A stretch of 64,000 nt of DNA from Nitrosotalea sp. (GTDB lineage: Bacteria > Methylomirabilota > Methylomirabilia > Rokubacteriales > CSP1-6), in NCBI GenBank assembly GCA_035519555.1, contig DATIWG010000050.1:20040-84039 (forward strand), read 5' to 3'. This document shows, piece by piece, positions 44,215 to 57,488 of the stretch. The notes under the pieces were generated by a model. It was not told the origin of the DNA. It made no database searches and was given only the letters and a program-made list of their open reading frames with translations. Both the position numbers and the translations under genes were made by a program. Numbering within the stretch: position 1 is the stretch's first letter; the number at the start of each line of letters is the position of its first letter.

Positions 44215-46302
44215 GTGCCGGAGGACCGTGTGCGAGCGGACGACGACTTCTTCAATCTCTACAATCACGATCTCGTGCGCGTCGCGGTGGCCGTGCCCGC
44301 GGTGCGCGTCGCCGACCCGGCCTTCAATGCGCGGCAGGTCGCCGGGTTGATCGCCGAGGCGACCGAGCGTCGGGCGGTCGCGGTCCTCTTTCCCGAGCTC
44401 TGCCTCTCCGCCTACTCCTGCGAGGATCTGTTCCACCAGGCAGCCCTCCTCCAGGAGTGCCAGACCGCGCTGGGGGAGATCCTCGACGCGACGCGAGCCC
44501 ACCCGGTCATGGCCGTGGTCGGGGTACCGCTGGTCGTCGACCACCTGCTGTACAACTGCGCGGTCGTGCTGGGCCGGGGGCAGGTGCTCGGAGTGGTGCC
44601 CAAGACCTACCTGCCCAACTACCGGGAGTTCTACGAGCGGCGGCAGTTCACATCCGGCGATGCCACCGTGCGCGACACGATCGATTGCTGCGGTCAGCAC
44701 GACGTGCCGTTCGGCACCGATCTGCTCTTCCAGCTCGAGCAGCAGCCGCTCGCGACGTTTCACGTGGAGATCTGCGAGGACCTGTGGGTGCCGGTACCGC
44801 CGTCCTCCGATGCGGCGCTGGCGGGAGCGACGGTCCTGCTGAATCTGTCGGCCTCCAACGTCACGGTGGCCAAGGCCGATTACCGGCGCCTGCTCGTGGC
44901 GAGCCAGTCCGCCCGCTGCCTCGCCGCCTACCTCTATTCGGGCGCGGGCTACGGGGAGTCCACCACCGACCTGGCCTGGGACGGTCACGCGGTGATCTAC
45001 GAGAACGGAGATCTCCTGGCCGAGTCCCGTCGATTCAGCTACGACCCGCAGCTCGTCTGCGCCGAGATCGACCTCGAGCGATTGGCCCAGGAGCGCATGC
45101 GGCAGTCCAGCTTCGGCCAGGCGGCGGAGCGGTACCGGGATCGGCTACGTCGGTTCCGCCGGGTTCGGCTGCGCCTTCCCCTGCCGCGGCGCGCACGGCT
45201 GCTGCCGGAGCGCCGCTACGAGCGCTTCCCGTACGTGCCGTCGGACCCGGAGCGGCGTGACGCGCGGTGCGCCGAGGTGTTCGAGATCCAGGTGCAGGGG
45301 CTCGTCAAGCGGCTGCAGTTCACGGGCCTCCAGCACGTGGTGATCGGCGTCTCGGGCGGGCTCGACTCGACCCACGCCCTGCTCGTCTGCGCCCAGGCCA
45401 TGGACGTCCTGGGCCATCCGCGCGGCCACATCCTCGCCTACACGATGCCGGGCTTCGCCACGAGCCGCCGCACCCTCGACCAGGCGCACCGGCTCATGCG
45501 CGCCGTCGGCGCCACCGCCCACGAGCTCGACATCAGGCCGAGCGCGGCGCAGATGCTCACCGATATCGGTCATCCATCCGGTCGGGGCGAGCCGGTCTAC
45601 GACGTCACGTTCGAGAACGTCCAGGCGGGCGAGCGCACGAGCCACCTCTTCCGCCTGGCGAATCTCCACGGGGCCCTGGTCGTCGGAACGGGCGATCTCA
45701 GCGAGCTGGCCCTCGGCTGGTGCACCTACGGCGTAGGCGACCACATGTCGCACTACGCCGTCAACGCCAGCGTGCCGAAGACGCTGATCCAGCACGTGAT
45801 CCGCTGGCTCGCCCAGGCGGATCGCCTAGGCGCCGAGGCCAGCGAGACCTTGCTCGAGATCCTCGGTACCGAGATCAGCCCCGAGCTGATCCCCGGCGAT
45901 GCGGATGCGGATCCGGCGCACCCGGCGCAGCAGACGGAAGCCGTGGTCGGCCCCTTCGAGCTGCAGGACTTCAACCTGTACTACACCCTGCGCTTCGGGT
46001 ACCCGCCGCCGAAGGTGGCCTTCCTGGCGTACTGCGCCTGGCGTGACCGGAGCCAGGGTCTGTGGCCCGACGTCCCTCCAGGCGAGCGCCGTCAGTACGG
46101 GATCGAGTCGATCAAGGCGCACCTCGGCCTCTTCCTCGATCGCTTCTTCCGGCTGAGCCAGTTCAAGCGGAGCGCGATACCCAACGCGCCGAAGGTCGGA
46201 TCGGGCGGTTCGCTGTCGCCGCGCAGCGACTATCGGGCTCCGAGCGACAGCGAGGCGGCGGTCTGGCTCCGCCAGCTCGACCTCATTCCGGATCGCGAGT
46301 AG
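44215..46302 (+). CDS. nadE: Glutamine-dependent NAD+ synthetase (large, nitrilase-domain type)
   Basis: N-terminal CN-hydrolase domain and C-terminal NAD synthetase domain (GVSGGLDST); GTG start, with an alternative GTG at 44230. Confidence 0.9.
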   Translation: MPEDRVRADDDFFNLYNHDLVRVAVAVPAVRVADPAFNARQVAGLIAEATERRAVAVLFPELCLSAYSCEDLFHQAALLQECQTALGEILDATRAHPVMAVVGVPLVVDHLLYNCAVVLGRGQVLGVVPKTYLPNYREFYERRQFTSGDATVRDTIDCCGQHDVPFGTDLLFQLEQQPLATFHVEICEDLWVPVPPSSDAALAGATVLLNLSASNVTVAKADYRRLLVASQSARCLAAYLYSGAGYGESTTDLAWDGHAVIYENGDLLAESRRFSYDPQLVCAEIDLERLAQERMRQSSFGQAAERYRDRLRRFRRVRLRLPLPRRARLLPERRYERFPYVPSDPERRDARCAEVFEIQVQGLVKRLQFTGLQHVVIGVSGGLDSTHALLVCAQAMDVLGHPRGHILAYTMPGFATSRRTLDQAHRLMRAVGATAHELDIRPSAAQMLTDIGHPSGRGEPVYDVTFENVQAGERTSHLFRLANLHGALVVGTGDLSELALGWCTYGVGDHMSHYAVNASVPKTLIQHVIRWLAQADRLGAEASETLLEILGTEISPELIPGDADADPAHPAQQTEAVVGPFELQDFNLYYTLRFGYPPPKVAFLAYCAWRDRSQGLWPDVPPGERRQYGIESIKAHLGLFLDRFFRLSQFKRSAIPNAPKVGSGGSLSPRSDYRAPSDSEAAVWLRQLDLIPDRE

Positions 46303-46312
46303 GCCCGTCGAC

Positions 46313-46966
46313 CTACGGAGCGATGAGGATCAGGTCCTCCACGTGGGAGACCCCGGGTGCCGCCCAGGCCGCCCGCTCGGCCTCCTTGCGCTCGACCCAG
46401 GAGCGCACGCTGCCGCGGAGAATCACCCGGCCCCCGTGCACCTCCACCGCAATGCGGCGGGCGTCCATCTCCGCGCTCCGCTTCAAGGCGTCTTCGATCT
46501 TGGCCTTGACGTCCTCCGGCGTCACGCGCGGCTTGACCGTGATGAGGTTGCTGACGGCCTTCACGCCCGCCAGGTATCGGACGGAGCTCTCGGCCGCCGC
46601 TCCCTGATACTGCCATTCGACCGTTCCCTCGAGCGTGATGTACCCGTGGCGCACGGTCACCTTGATCTGGTCGTCGGGCACCGAGTAGTTGGCCTTCAGG
46701 GCCTGAACCGCCGCCTCGGCGAGGTCGGTGTCCGTGCGCTCCTTGGAGCCCGCGAGCTTCACGTCGAGCTCGTCCGCAACGGCCTTGACGCCGTAGACTC
46801 GCTTGGCCGCCTTGGCGGCCTCGTACTTCTCGCCGTACGACGGGACCTGCCCACTCAGGGTCACGACGCCGTCCTTCACGGCGACGCCGATGTGGGCGTG
46901 GTCGACGCGAGGCTCCCACTCGAGCTCCCGCATGACGTCCTTCTGCAGCTCGCTATCCGTCTTCAT
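46313..46966 (-). CDS. BON domain protein (OsmY-like)
   Basis: BON repeats. Confidence 0.85.
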   Translation of the reverse strand: MKTDSELQKDVMRELEWEPRVDHAHIGVAVKDGVVTLSGQVPSYGEKYEAAKAAKRVYGVKAVADELDVKLAGSKERTDTDLAEAAVQALKANYSVPDDQIKVTVRHGYITLEGTVEWQYQGAAAESSVRYLAGVKAVSNLITVKPRVTPEDVKAKIEDALKRSAEMDARRIAVEVHGGRVILRGSVRSWVERKEAERAAWAAPGVSHVEDLILIAP

Positions 46967-47003
46967 GGTCCCGGTCCTCCTTTGCGACAGGTGGGCCCGC
47001 TTC

Positions 47004-48119
47004 TCACATCCCGAGCTCGGCGCGCAGCCGCACGTAGTGCAGGACCTGCTCGCGGGCGATCATCCCGACCAGCCCGCCGGCCTCCATCACGGGCATCTGC
47101 GCCACGTTGGCGTCGTCCATCTTCTCGAGCGCAGCGAGCAGGTCCGTCTTCGGTCCGACCGCGGTCAGCTTCTCCGCCGGCGTCATGACCTCGCCCGCGG
47201 TCACCGTGGCCCACCGCTCCTTCGGGACGGCCTTGATCTCGTGCAGCGTGAGGAGTCCGACCATCTGGCCGGCCTCGGTCACGACGAAGCACCGCCGCCC
47301 CGCCCCGAGGACTTCCTCGTGGACGACGCGATCGAGGCTCTCGGCGCGCTCCACGCGCCGGCAATCCGGTGTCATCGCCTGGGCCACCGTCACATCACGC
47401 AGCAGCTCGCGCAGGTTGGTCTCGGCGTAGCTGGCCGCGGCGGCGTTCTGGAGGAACCAGCCGATGAAGATGATCCACATGCCCCCGATCACGTTGCCCC
47501 CGAGAACGGTCAGGACCCCCCAGCCCATCAGGCCGAAGGCGAGGGCCTGGCCGGCCAGGGACGCGGCCCGGCTGGCGCGCTGGAAGCTACCCGTCACGCG
47601 CCACACGAGCGCGCGGAACAGGCGGCCTCCGTCCAGCGGAAAGCCCGGTATCACGTTGAAGGCGGCCACCATGAAGTTGATCCGGGCCAGCCAGATCGCG
47701 GGGGCGGCCAGGATCGGGATGTCATGGACCAGCCGCCACGCGCCCGCGAACAGACCCGCCAGGACGAGGCTCGTCAGTGGCCCGGCGCTGGCCACCCTGA
47801 ACTCCACGCCCGGTGTGCCCGGCTCACGGGCAATCTGGGCCAGCCCCCCGAAGATGAAGAGCGTGATCCCCCGGATGGGGATCCCGTTGCGAAGCGCCAC
47901 CCAGGAGTGCCCGAGCTCGTGGATCAGGACGGACGCGAAGAACGCCAGCGCGGTGACCGCTCCCACCAGCCAGTAGGTCCGGGCGGCCCAGCCGGGGTAC
48001 TCGTGCGGGAAGTAGCCGGCCGCCAGCGACCAGGTCACGAGGCCGAAGATGAGGAGCCAGCTCAGGTGAACGTGGATCGGGATACCCCAGATCTCCAGTA
48101 TCTTGAATCGGCCTTGCAA
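47004..48119 (-). CDS. Site-2 protease family (M50) Zn-metalloprotease with C-terminal CBS pair
   Basis: HELGH zinc motif within the TM region plus two CBS domains. Confidence 0.85.
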   Translation of the reverse strand: MQGRFKILEIWGIPIHVHLSWLLIFGLVTWSLAAGYFPHEYPGWAARTYWLVGAVTALAFFASVLIHELGHSWVALRNGIPIRGITLFIFGGLAQIAREPGTPGVEFRVASAGPLTSLVLAGLFAGAWRLVHDIPILAAPAIWLARINFMVAAFNVIPGFPLDGGRLFRALVWRVTGSFQRASRAASLAGQALAFGLMGWGVLTVLGGNVIGGMWIIFIGWFLQNAAAASYAETNLRELLRDVTVAQAMTPDCRRVERAESLDRVVHEEVLGAGRRCFVVTEAGQMVGLLTLHEIKAVPKERWATVTAGEVMTPAEKLTAVGPKTDLLAALEKMDDANVAQMPVMEAGGLVGMIAREQVLHYVRLRAELGM

Positions 48120-48155
48120 GACCGCACCACCTCCCCGGGCGAAGGGCCGTCCCGC

Positions 48156-48575
48156 TCAGTCTTCCTCGAGCCGGCTCTGCAGCGCCCGCAGCACGTCCAC
48201 GTAGCTGATGATCCCGATCACGCTTCGGGTCCCCGTCTCGACCACCGGGAGGGCGCCGATCTTGTGATCGATGAGGAGGTCGATCACCTCGATCGCTTCC
48301 GCGTCCGGCTCGACGAAGATCACGTCCGGCTGCATGACGCTGAGCACCGGGGTGGCCAGTGCCTGCTGCAGCGCATCCACGCCCTGGACGTTGAGCACCC
48401 GGACGAGATCGAGCCGGGCCAGGTCGCGGTCGCTCAGCATGCCCACCAGGCTGGCGCCCTCGACGACCGGGACATGTCGGATATCCGCCTCGCGCATCAG
48501 GTCCCATACCTCCGCGATGCTCGTCTTGGGCGTCACGGTTGCCACGTCCGGAGTCATCAGGTCACGGGCAATCAT
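48156..48575 (-). CDS. CBS domain pair protein
   Basis: Two CBS motifs; AAAGGAG Shine-Dalgarno 7 nt upstream. Confidence 0.85.
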   Translation of the reverse strand: MIARDLMTPDVATVTPKTSIAEVWDLMREADIRHVPVVEGASLVGMLSDRDLARLDLVRVLNVQGVDALQQALATPVLSVMQPDVIFVEPDAEAIEVIDLLIDHKIGALPVVETGTRSVIGIISYVDVLRALQSRLEED

Positions 48576-48604
48576 CGGCGTGCTCCTTTCGTCTCGATCC
48601 GATA

Positions 48605-48620
48605 CGCAAGCGTGGTGCCA
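48605..48620 (-). promoter_or_regulatory. Candidate sigma54 promoter (TGGCAC-N5-TTGCG)
   Basis: Read on the minus strand as TGGCACcacgcTTGCG; the predicted TSS is about 19 nt upstream of the CBS ATG and would drive the CBS, S2P-CBS and BON genes. Confidence 0.45.
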
Positions 48621-48746
48621 GCCTCGGGCGGGAGAAACCCGGCCCTGGTCGCAGGACAGAGGGCTCCGGGGCCGCCAAGGTGGGGCACCGGCTCCCCGAC
48701 TGAGACAGCGGAACCGCAGCGCCCTCGACCCGCACCGGGGGCTTCT

Positions 48747-49388
48747 TCACCGTCGGGGACCGGCCAGTCGCGCGCCGTGCCGCTTCGGGCCGCGCCCGAG
48801 CAGGAAGACCTGGCCATCGTCGGCCAGCTCCCCGAAGGGCGGTCTGGCTCCCTTCGACAGGGCCCGGAGCGTGGGACGCCCGATGTGCGCGAACACCAGG
48901 CGCTTCACGCCGAGTCGTCGCGCCTGGCGCGCCACCGCGATGACGCCCAGGTGGCCGCCGACTCCGCCTGCGAACCGGATCGGACGGTTCCAGGCTGCCG
49001 CCTCCGCGAACATGAGGCTGGCGCCCCGCGCCCATCGTGGGAATCGACTGAACTCCGGAGCCCAGACGACGGCGTGCCCCGGCGCCCGGATGCGGTATCC
49101 GTAGGTCGGGTGGCTCGTGTGAGCCACGCGCCGACACTCGAGCCGTACTCCGCTCTTCCGGAAGCTGCCGGCGTACGGCCGAAGCCCTCTCGCCTTCGCC
49201 AGCTTCCGGATCGGCCCGATCAGCTCGGCTCGCTCGTCGGTCACGAGCCAGGCGTCGAGGCGGCCGCGCGGCACCGCGCCGGGGCCTCCGTCGATCATGA
49301 CCCGGACCCCGCCGGCGGCGATGAGAAGTCCCGCCGGCCGATGCCGAGGAGAGTTCTGTGCGCCGACCCCCAGCGTCACGAGCCGCAC
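48747..49388 (-). CDS. MBL-fold metallo-hydrolase-like protein
   Basis: Start chosen at the GTG preceded by GGAG (VRLVTLGVGAQNS...); the longer ORF start would collide with the divergent gene; domain call is tentative. Confidence 0.55.
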   Translation of the reverse strand: MRLVTLGVGAQNSPRHRPAGLLIAAGGVRVMIDGGPGAVPRGRLDAWLVTDERAELIGPIRKLAKARGLRPYAGSFRKSGVRLECRRVAHTSHPTYGYRIRAPGHAVVWAPEFSRFPRWARGASLMFAEAAAWNRPIRFAGGVGGHLGVIAVARQARRLGVKRLVFAHIGRPTLRALSKGARPPFGELADDGQVFLLGRGPKRHGARLAGPRR

Positions 49389-49482
49389 TACCTCAGCTCC
49401 ACGGCGCGCAACGACCCGAGCCCACTCGGCGGGCTGCGATCGCGGGCGCTGGAGGTCGGCGCGCGATGAGACAATCCGGGCC

Positions 49483-50607
49483 ATGCCGCACAGGAAACCG
49501 ACGGAGCCCGTGACCTCGCGCCGCCGCGTGCTCGCGGCCGGCCTCGCGCTGCTGGGTCTGCCCACCACCGCCCGGAGCCGCGGGCAGGATGCGGAAGCGC
49601 GACCCGGGATGGTGAAGGGGGTCTACCTCTCCTACCACGGCGTCGGCGACCGCACGATTCGAGGGCGGGTGCTCGACCTCCTCGACCGAACGGAGCTGAA
49701 CGCGGTCGTGATCGACGTCAAGGGAGACGAGGGCTTCCTCCCGTTCGACAGTCAGGTTCCGCTCGCCCGGGAGGCCGGGGCCACGGGGAGAGTACGCGTC
49801 CGCGATTTCGACGGCATGCTGGCTCGATTGAAGGCGCAGGGCGTCTATCTCATCGCCCGGATCGTCGCCTTCAAGGACAACGTCCTCGCGCGTCATCGCC
49901 CGGGGTGGGCCATCACCGATACCGGCACCGGCTCGCTCTGGCTCGACGCCGAGCGGCTGGCGTGGCTCGATCCCTTCGAGGAGGAAGCGTGGGCCTACCC
50001 CATCGCCATCGCGACCGAAGCGGCTCGAAAGGGCTTCGACGAGATTCAGTTCGACTACCTCCGGTTCCCGACCGACGGACCGCTCGGCAAGGCGCGCTAC
50101 TCGCGATCGAGCACCCCGCCGAGCCGCCGGCAGGCCATCGGCGCGTTCCTGGAGCAGGCCCGCGCGGCGCTCCGGCCCACCGCCTCCTTGCTGGCCATCG
50201 ACGTGTTCGGCTACACCGCCTTCAATCTGGACGACACCGGAATCGGACAGGGTATCGAGAGCCTGGCGCCGCTGGTCGACGTCCTGTCCCCGATGGCCTA
50301 TCCGTCGGCCTACCACCTCGGTATCCCCGGCTACCGGAACCCGGTCACCCATCCCTACGAGGTCGTCTTCGAGACGGTGCGGAAGATGCGAGAGCGGACG
50401 GCCGGAGGGCGCGCGCAGGTGCGGCCGTGGATCCAGAATTTCCGTGACTATGCCTTCGACCGCCGGGAGTTCGGAGTCGCGGAGGTCCAGGCGCAGATGA
50501 AGGCCGCCCTCGACGCGGGAGGCAGCGGCTGGATGCTCTGGAACCCGCAGAATCGCTACACGGTCGAGGCACTGGAGCCCAGGCCCGGACCGGCGAGGTC
50601 CAGGTAG
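49483..50607 (+). CDS. Putative secreted glycoside hydrolase-like protein (DUF4015/GHL family) with Tat signal
   Basis: SRRRVLAAGLALLG signal then a TIM-barrel-like domain (VIDVKGDEG, FDEIQFDYLRFP); family assignment is tentative. Confidence 0.6.
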   Translation: MPHRKPTEPVTSRRRVLAAGLALLGLPTTARSRGQDAEARPGMVKGVYLSYHGVGDRTIRGRVLDLLDRTELNAVVIDVKGDEGFLPFDSQVPLAREAGATGRVRVRDFDGMLARLKAQGVYLIARIVAFKDNVLARHRPGWAITDTGTGSLWLDAERLAWLDPFEEEAWAYPIAIATEAARKGFDEIQFDYLRFPTDGPLGKARYSRSSTPPSRRQAIGAFLEQARAALRPTASLLAIDVFGYTAFNLDDTGIGQGIESLAPLVDVLSPMAYPSAYHLGIPGYRNPVTHPYEVVFETVRKMRERTAGGRAQVRPWIQNFRDYAFDRREFGVAEVQAQMKAALDAGGSGWMLWNPQNRYTVEALEPRPGPARSR

Positions 50608-50828
50608 TCCACGCAGGCGTCGAGCGTCGTCAGCTTGGGATAGTCGGCTTCCGGAATCTCGACGTCGAGCGCGGCGTGCAGCGCGATCACGAAGTTGAGG
50701 TGGTCCATCGAGTCCAGGTCGAGCTGGTCCCGGAAAGGCACGTCGGAGGCGAGCGCGGCCACGTCGACCTCGGGCGCGATCTCGCCGAGCGTGCGCAGGA
50801 CGGTGGCCCGGATCTCGTCGCGGGTCAC
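50556..50828 (-). CDS. Acyl carrier protein
   Basis: 90 aa with 4'-phosphopantetheine motif [11 protein letters not shown]; start overlaps the E2 stop by 4 nt. Confidence 0.75.
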   Translation of the reverse strand: MTRDEIRATVLRTLGEIAPEVDVAALASDVPFRDQLDLDSMDHLNFVIALHAALDVEIPEADYPKLTTLDACVDYLDLAGPGLGSSASTV

Positions 50829-52000
50829 AGCCGACTCGGCTCCTGCAGCAGCCGATCCACCGCGGCCAGGAAGAGGCCGCCGCGGTGGCCGTCACTCACG
50901 CGATGATCGGCGGACAGGGTGGCGGTGACGAGGGGGCGGACGGTGACCTGCCCGTCGACGACCCACGGGCGCTCGGCGATCTTCCCGAAGCCCACGATCG
51001 CGACCTGCGGCGGGAAGATCACCCCGAAGACGCTCTCCACGCCCTGCTCGCCGAGGCTGGTGACGGTGATGGTGGGATCGGAGAGCTCCGAGCTCCGGAG
51101 CCCGCCGCTACGCGCGCGCTGGACGAGGTCGCGAAGGGCTCGCATCAGTTCGCCCACGCTCTGTCCGGCTGTGTCGTGGAGCGCCGGCGCCACGAGGCCT
51201 CCGCCGCGCAGCGAGACGGCCACCCCGACGTGGACGGCGTCGCTCCGGACCGGCTCGGTCCCGCGCCACACCGAGTTCAGCTCGGGGACCTCCCGCAGGG
51301 CCAGCGCGACGGCCTTGATCAGCAGCACGCCGTAGAGGAGGCGGTCCGGAACCGGCCGCGCGAGATTCTCCGCGGTGAGCCAGGTCATCGCCCGGTGCAT
51401 GTCGATCGTCGTCGCGAGGTAGTAGTGAGGGATCTCGCGCTTGGAGCGCGCCATCGCGGCCCCGATCGCCTGGCGCAGCCGGGCCTGCCGGTCGAGCGCG
51501 CCGCCGGGCTTCGCGGCCGCGGGCGCGGCTCTCGCGGCCGCCGCCTGCTCGATGTCCTCTCGTCGGATCGACCCACCCGGGCCGGTGCCGTGGACGGCCG
51601 CGGGATCGATCCCCAACTCGGCGGCGCGCTTCCTCGCCAGCGGCGAGATCCGGAGCCGGTCGGATGGGGCCGCCGCCGGCACGACCGCCGCCGACGGCGT
51701 GGCGATGATCGGCGCGCGTGGCGTCGGCGGCGCGGCCGTCACGGACGCGGGGACCGCGGCCGGCACCGTGTCCCGGACGATCGCGAGCACCGTGCCCGTG
51801 GGCACCGTCGCGCCCGGCTGAACGACGATCTTCTCGAGCACGCCGGGCGTGAAGACCTCGATGTCGATGAGCCCCTTGTCGGTCTCGACCACCGCGATGG
51901 TGTCGCCCCGCTTGAGCGCGTCTCCCGGCTGCTTGCGCCACTCGACGAGCGTGCCCGCGCTCATGTCCGCGGTCAGGATCGGCATCAGGAACTCAGCCAT
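50825..52000 (-). CDS. 2-oxoacid dehydrogenase E2 (dihydrolipoamide acyltransferase)
   Basis: Lipoyl domain (ETDKG), E3-binding domain and catalytic domain (DHRVSDG). Confidence 0.9.
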   Translation of the reverse strand: MAEFLMPILTADMSAGTLVEWRKQPGDALKRGDTIAVVETDKGLIDIEVFTPGVLEKIVVQPGATVPTGTVLAIVRDTVPAAVPASVTAAPPTPRAPIIATPSAAVVPAAAPSDRLRISPLARKRAAELGIDPAAVHGTGPGGSIRREDIEQAAAARAAPAAAKPGGALDRQARLRQAIGAAMARSKREIPHYYLATTIDMHRAMTWLTAENLARPVPDRLLYGVLLIKAVALALREVPELNSVWRGTEPVRSDAVHVGVAVSLRGGGLVAPALHDTAGQSVGELMRALRDLVQRARSGGLRSSELSDPTITVTSLGEQGVESVFGVIFPPQVAIVGFGKIAERPWVVDGQVTVRPLVTATLSADHRVSDGHRGGLFLAAVDRLLQEPSRL

Positions 52001-52976
52001 GCGCGACCAGCATCTCCCTCACCGCTGTCGCGATGGCCGACACCTGGGGTAGCGCCGCGTCCTCCATGTGCTTGGCGTACGGCATCGGGACCTCGGCGCT
52101 GCACACGCGAGCGACCGGGGCGTCCAGGCTGTAGAAGCCGCCCTCCATGATCCGGGCGCTCACCTCGGCCGCGAAGCTGCCGGTGCGCCATCCCTCGTCC
52201 ACGATCACCGCCCGGTGGGTCCTGGCCACCGAGGCGAGAATGGTCTCGGTATCGAGGGGCCGCAGGGTGCGCAGGTCGATTACCTCGGCCTCGACGCCCT
52301 CCCGGGCGAGCTCGTCGGCGGCCCGGAGCGTCGTGCCGAGGGTCCCGCCGTAGGTGATCAGGCTCACCGCATCCCCGGAACGTCGGACCAGGGCCCGGCC
52401 GATCGCGGCGGGTCCGGCCTGCTCGTCGACCTCCCCTTCCAGCGGATAGAGCGTCGCGTGCTCGAAGATGAACACCGGATCCGGGTCACGCAGCGCGGCC
52501 AGCACGAAGCCCCGCGCGTCGGCGGCGACGGCGGGAACCACGATCTTGATCCCCGGGATGTGCGCGAACCAGCCTTCGAGGCTGTGGGAGTGCTGGGCCG
52601 CGAGCTGTCGGCCACCGCCGGTGGTCATGCGCACCACCAGCGGCACGCTGAGCTGGCCGCCGGACATGTGGCGGAGGGTCGCCGCGTTGTTGACGATCTG
52701 GTCCAGGGCCAGCAGGCTGAAGTTGACCGTCATGATCTCCACGATCGGACGCATCCCGCCGAGCGCGGCGCCGATGCCGGCACCCAGGAAGGTGTTCTCG
52801 GACAAGGGCGTGTCCCGCACGCGCTCGGGGCCGAACTCCTCGAGCAGCCCGTAGCTGACCTTGAAGGCGCCGCCGTAGCCCCCCACGTCTTCTCCCATCA
52901 GGAACACGCGCGGATCCGTCCGCAGCGCTTCCCGCAGCGCCGAGCGGATCGCGTCCCGGTAAGTCATCTTGGTCAT
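51993..52976 (-). CDS. 2-oxoacid (pyruvate/acetoin-type) dehydrogenase E1 beta subunit
   Basis: 327 aa with transketolase-like Pyr and C-terminal domains; start overlaps the E1-alpha stop (ATGA). Confidence 0.9.
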   Translation of the reverse strand: MTKMTYRDAIRSALREALRTDPRVFLMGEDVGGYGGAFKVSYGLLEEFGPERVRDTPLSENTFLGAGIGAALGGMRPIVEIMTVNFSLLALDQIVNNAATLRHMSGGQLSVPLVVRMTTGGGRQLAAQHSHSLEGWFAHIPGIKIVVPAVAADARGFVLAALRDPDPVFIFEHATLYPLEGEVDEQAGPAAIGRALVRRSGDAVSLITYGGTLGTTLRAADELAREGVEAEVIDLRTLRPLDTETILASVARTHRAVIVDEGWRTGSFAAEVSARIMEGGFYSLDAPVARVCSAEVPMPYAKHMEDAALPQVSAIATAVREMLVAHG

Positions 52977-53934
52977 GGGGTCGCCGTGTACACGTCTCGG
53001 GTCAAGTCCTGCACCGCCTCCCAGGGTCCGGCCTCGGCCACGCCCACCGCCTCGTCGACCTCTCCGTCGACGGACGCCTGCAGCGAAGCCACGTCGGCGT
53101 CGGTCAGGATGCCCATCGCCTGCAGTCGCGCCGTGAACAGCACGATCGGATCGCGCTGCTTCCACTCCGCGACCTCCTCCCTCTTCCGGTAGAGCTCGGG
53201 ATCGGCGGTGGAGTGGGCCCGGAACCGATAGGTCCGCAGCTCCAGCAGGAAGGGGCCGTCGCCGCGCCGCACGTGCGCGGCGGCCTGCCGGGCGGCTTCT
53301 TCCACCGCCACGACGTCCATCCCGTCGGCGACGGCCGACGGCATCCCGTAGCCATCCGCCTTGCGGCGGATATCGGGCTGGGCCTGGTGGCGCGCGAGCG
53401 CGGTGCCCATCGCGTAGAGGTTGTTCTCGCAGAGGAAGAGGACCGGCAACTTCCACAGCGCGGCCAGGTTCAGCGACTCGTGGAACTCCCCCTCCGCCAC
53501 CGCCCCGTCGCCGAAGAAGCACGCGGTCACCCTGGGCCGGGCCTGCAGCTTGTCGGCCAGGGCCAGGCCCACCGCGACGGGCAGGCCGCCGCCGACGATG
53601 GCGTGGCCGCCGTAGAACCGGCGCGAGGCGTCGAAGAAGTGCATGGAGCCGCCGCGGCCCCGGCTGCACCCGTTGGCCTTGCCGTACATCTCGGCCATGA
53701 GCGAGCCGGCCGGGATCCCGCGCGCCAGGGCCTGGCCGTGCTCGCGGTAGGTCGCCACGATGGCGTCCTCCGCCGTGAGGGCCTGCATGGCCCCGACCGC
53801 CACCGCTTCCTCGCCGATGTAGAGGTGGAGGAAGCCGCGGATCTTGCCGAGCGTGTAGAGCTCGGCGGCCTTTTCCTCGAATCGCCGTATGAGCATCATC
53901 TGGCGGAGCAGGACGAGCGCGTGAGCCCGGTCGA

Positions 53935-53938
<4 letters not shown>
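52973..53938 (-). CDS. 2-oxoacid dehydrogenase E1 alpha subunit (TPP-binding)
   Basis: TPP motif ([31 protein letters not shown]); start overlaps the acs stop (ATGA). Confidence 0.9.
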
Positions 53939-55710
<1,772 letters not shown>

Positions 55711-55734
55711 CGATGGCCTCTCCTCCAGGTGGGG

Positions 55735-55750
55735 AGCAACCACGGTGCCA
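55735..55750 (-). promoter_or_regulatory. Candidate sigma54 promoter (TGGCAC-N5-TTGCT)
   Basis: Read on the minus strand as TGGCACcgtggTTGCT; the predicted TSS is just upstream of the Shine-Dalgarno and GTG of the acs-E1-E2-ACP operon. Confidence 0.45.
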
Positions 55751-55872
55751 ACGACTCGACCGCGAGGAATCCCGACGAATCGCGGCATTGCGCGTCCGCG
55801 GCCCCGGCGTCCCGGCGGCCGAGCGGGAGACGGCGCCTCAGGTCGGGGCACCCCGGTCCCATGATAGGGTGC

Positions 55873-56835
55873 TCACCCCGTCGCCACCGGGCCCGCTCCG
55901 ATCTTCTTCGCCAGCGGATTCATCACTCGCGCGGCGTTCTGGATGCTCGGCGGGCTGTTCGGGGCCTTCTTCCTGCTGGCGCTGGTCGGGCTCGGGGTGC
56001 CCTGGCTCCTCTGACACTCCGCTTCGCGGCCGCGGACCACGCGCTGCCCGGCCAGGGACCCCGACGTCTCGGTCACCACCGTCCGCTGCCCCTCCGGGTG
56101 GTGGTCCGTGTGGAAGTAGAGGACAACCCAGTCACGGGTCTTCGCCAGCTGATGCGCGCGCGCGGTGTTGGAGAAGACGGCGGTGAGGTGCCAGCGATCG
56201 CGCTCGGTGTGGAGCACGGGCAGCCAGGCTTCGCCGGTGGGGTTGAAGCGACGAGGAGCGATCCGGGGCAGCCGGCCGGCCGCCGCCGCCTGTCGATATT
56301 CCCGATCCACGTCGAGCAGCACCTCGACCGGCGGCTCCTCCGCCGGCTCGCGGGGCCGGAGCCGGGTGCGACCGAGCATGCCGCCAAGCGCGGCGCGGAG
56401 CGCGGCGGCGCGGCGTGGACCGACTCCGGGGACTTGGTCCAGGCGCCCGTCGTGGGCCGCCACCTCGAGCGCCTCCAGGGTCTCCACGTGCAGCAGCTCG
56501 TGGAGGCGTTGCGCGAGCGCCGGTCCGACCCCGGGAATGGCCCGAAAGAGCCGCTCGGGATCCGAGCCCCCGCGTAGCCGGTCGAGCTGACTCCACCGGC
56601 CGGTGCGCAGCATCTCGGCGATCGCGGCGGCAATCCGGGGGCCGATGCCCGGCAGCGCCTCGAGCCCCTCGAGACCGTCGCGCTCGTGGATCTCGCCGAG
56701 CTCGGTCGCAAGGTGGGCCACGGTGGCGGCGGCGTCACGGTAGGCGCGAACGCGGAATGGATTGGCTCGCTGCTGCTCCAGCAGATCGGCCGCCTCGCGG
56801 AGCCGGTCCCCGATGATCTGGTTGGTCGCGCTCAC
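55873..56835 (-). CDS. PolX-like helix-hairpin-helix DNA-binding protein with no recognisable polymerase palm
   Basis: N-terminal Pol-beta-like 8 kDa/HhH region (NPFRVRAYRDAA, GIGPRIAAAI, GVGPALA) but no GS-RRG...D-D palm motif; GTG start overlaps the CBS-ACT stop (GTGA). Confidence 0.55.
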   Translation of the reverse strand: MSATNQIIGDRLREAADLLEQQRANPFRVRAYRDAAATVAHLATELGEIHERDGLEGLEALPGIGPRIAAAIAEMLRTGRWSQLDRLRGGSDPERLFRAIPGVGPALAQRLHELLHVETLEALEVAAHDGRLDQVPGVGPRRAAALRAALGGMLGRTRLRPREPAEEPPVEVLLDVDREYRQAAAAGRLPRIAPRRFNPTGEAWLPVLHTERDRWHLTAVFSNTARAHQLAKTRDWVVLYFHTDHHPEGQRTVVTETSGSLAGQRVVRGREAECQRSQGTPSPTSASRKKAPNSPPSIQNAARVMNPLAKKIGAGPVATG

Positions 56836-57485
56836 GACGGCGCGCGCGGGCTCCGCCCGGCGTCCCGAACGACATATCCTCGGCCCTCCAGCGCCCTGAC
56901 CGCGGGGCCGGGATCGATCGTCGCGAGGCGCAGCACGACCTCTCGCTCGCCGGTCGGGGTCTCGAAGGTCATGACGCTGGAGATCCGGCTCCCCGTGTCC
57001 TCGGCTGCCCGTACGATGTCGCTCAGCCCCGCCGCGCGATCGCTCACGATCACGTCGAGCCGGCTCGAGGGCTCGAGGACGCCCAGTGCCCGCACGAACA
57101 GGTGGAGCACGTCGGTTTCGGTCACGATGCCGAGGAGCCGGTCGTCCTCGGTGACCGGCAGCGCGCTGATCTTCCGCGTCGCCATCAGCCGGGCGGCCTC
57201 CTCGACACCGTCCGTGGGCCCGATCGTGGTCACCCGGCGCGTCATGATCTGACCCGCGGTCAGCTCGTCGAGGAGCCGCGCGCGCTCCGGGCCCTCGGTC
57301 ATGAGGGCGGCCGAGGTCATCGACTGCTTGACGTCGCGATCGGAGACGATCCCCACCAGCTTGCCTGAGTCCACGATCGGCACGTGACGGAAGCCTCGGC
57401 GCTGCAGCAGCCGGACCAGCGCGGGCAGGCGCGTCTCGGGCGTCGCGCTGACCGGATGACCCTGCATGATGTCCCGGACGAGCAT
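56832..57485 (-). CDS. CBS pair protein with C-terminal ACT-like domain
   Basis: Two CBS motifs followed by an ACT-like segment (LDVIVSDRAAGLSDIV...); 3 nt gap after groEL. Confidence 0.8.
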   Translation of the reverse strand: MLVRDIMQGHPVSATPETRLPALVRLLQRRGFRHVPIVDSGKLVGIVSDRDVKQSMTSAALMTEGPERARLLDELTAGQIMTRRVTTIGPTDGVEEAARLMATRKISALPVTEDDRLLGIVTETDVLHLFVRALGVLEPSSRLDVIVSDRAAGLSDIVRAAEDTGSRISSVMTFETPTGEREVVLRLATIDPGPAVRALEGRGYVVRDAGRSPRAPS

Positions 57486-57488
57486 CGC

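Noticed and set aside
48576-48746. 170-nt gap inspected for a tRNA or other ncRNA
   Set aside because: No cloverleaf-compatible complementarity seen; the region instead holds a sigma54 promoter candidate for the CBS operon.
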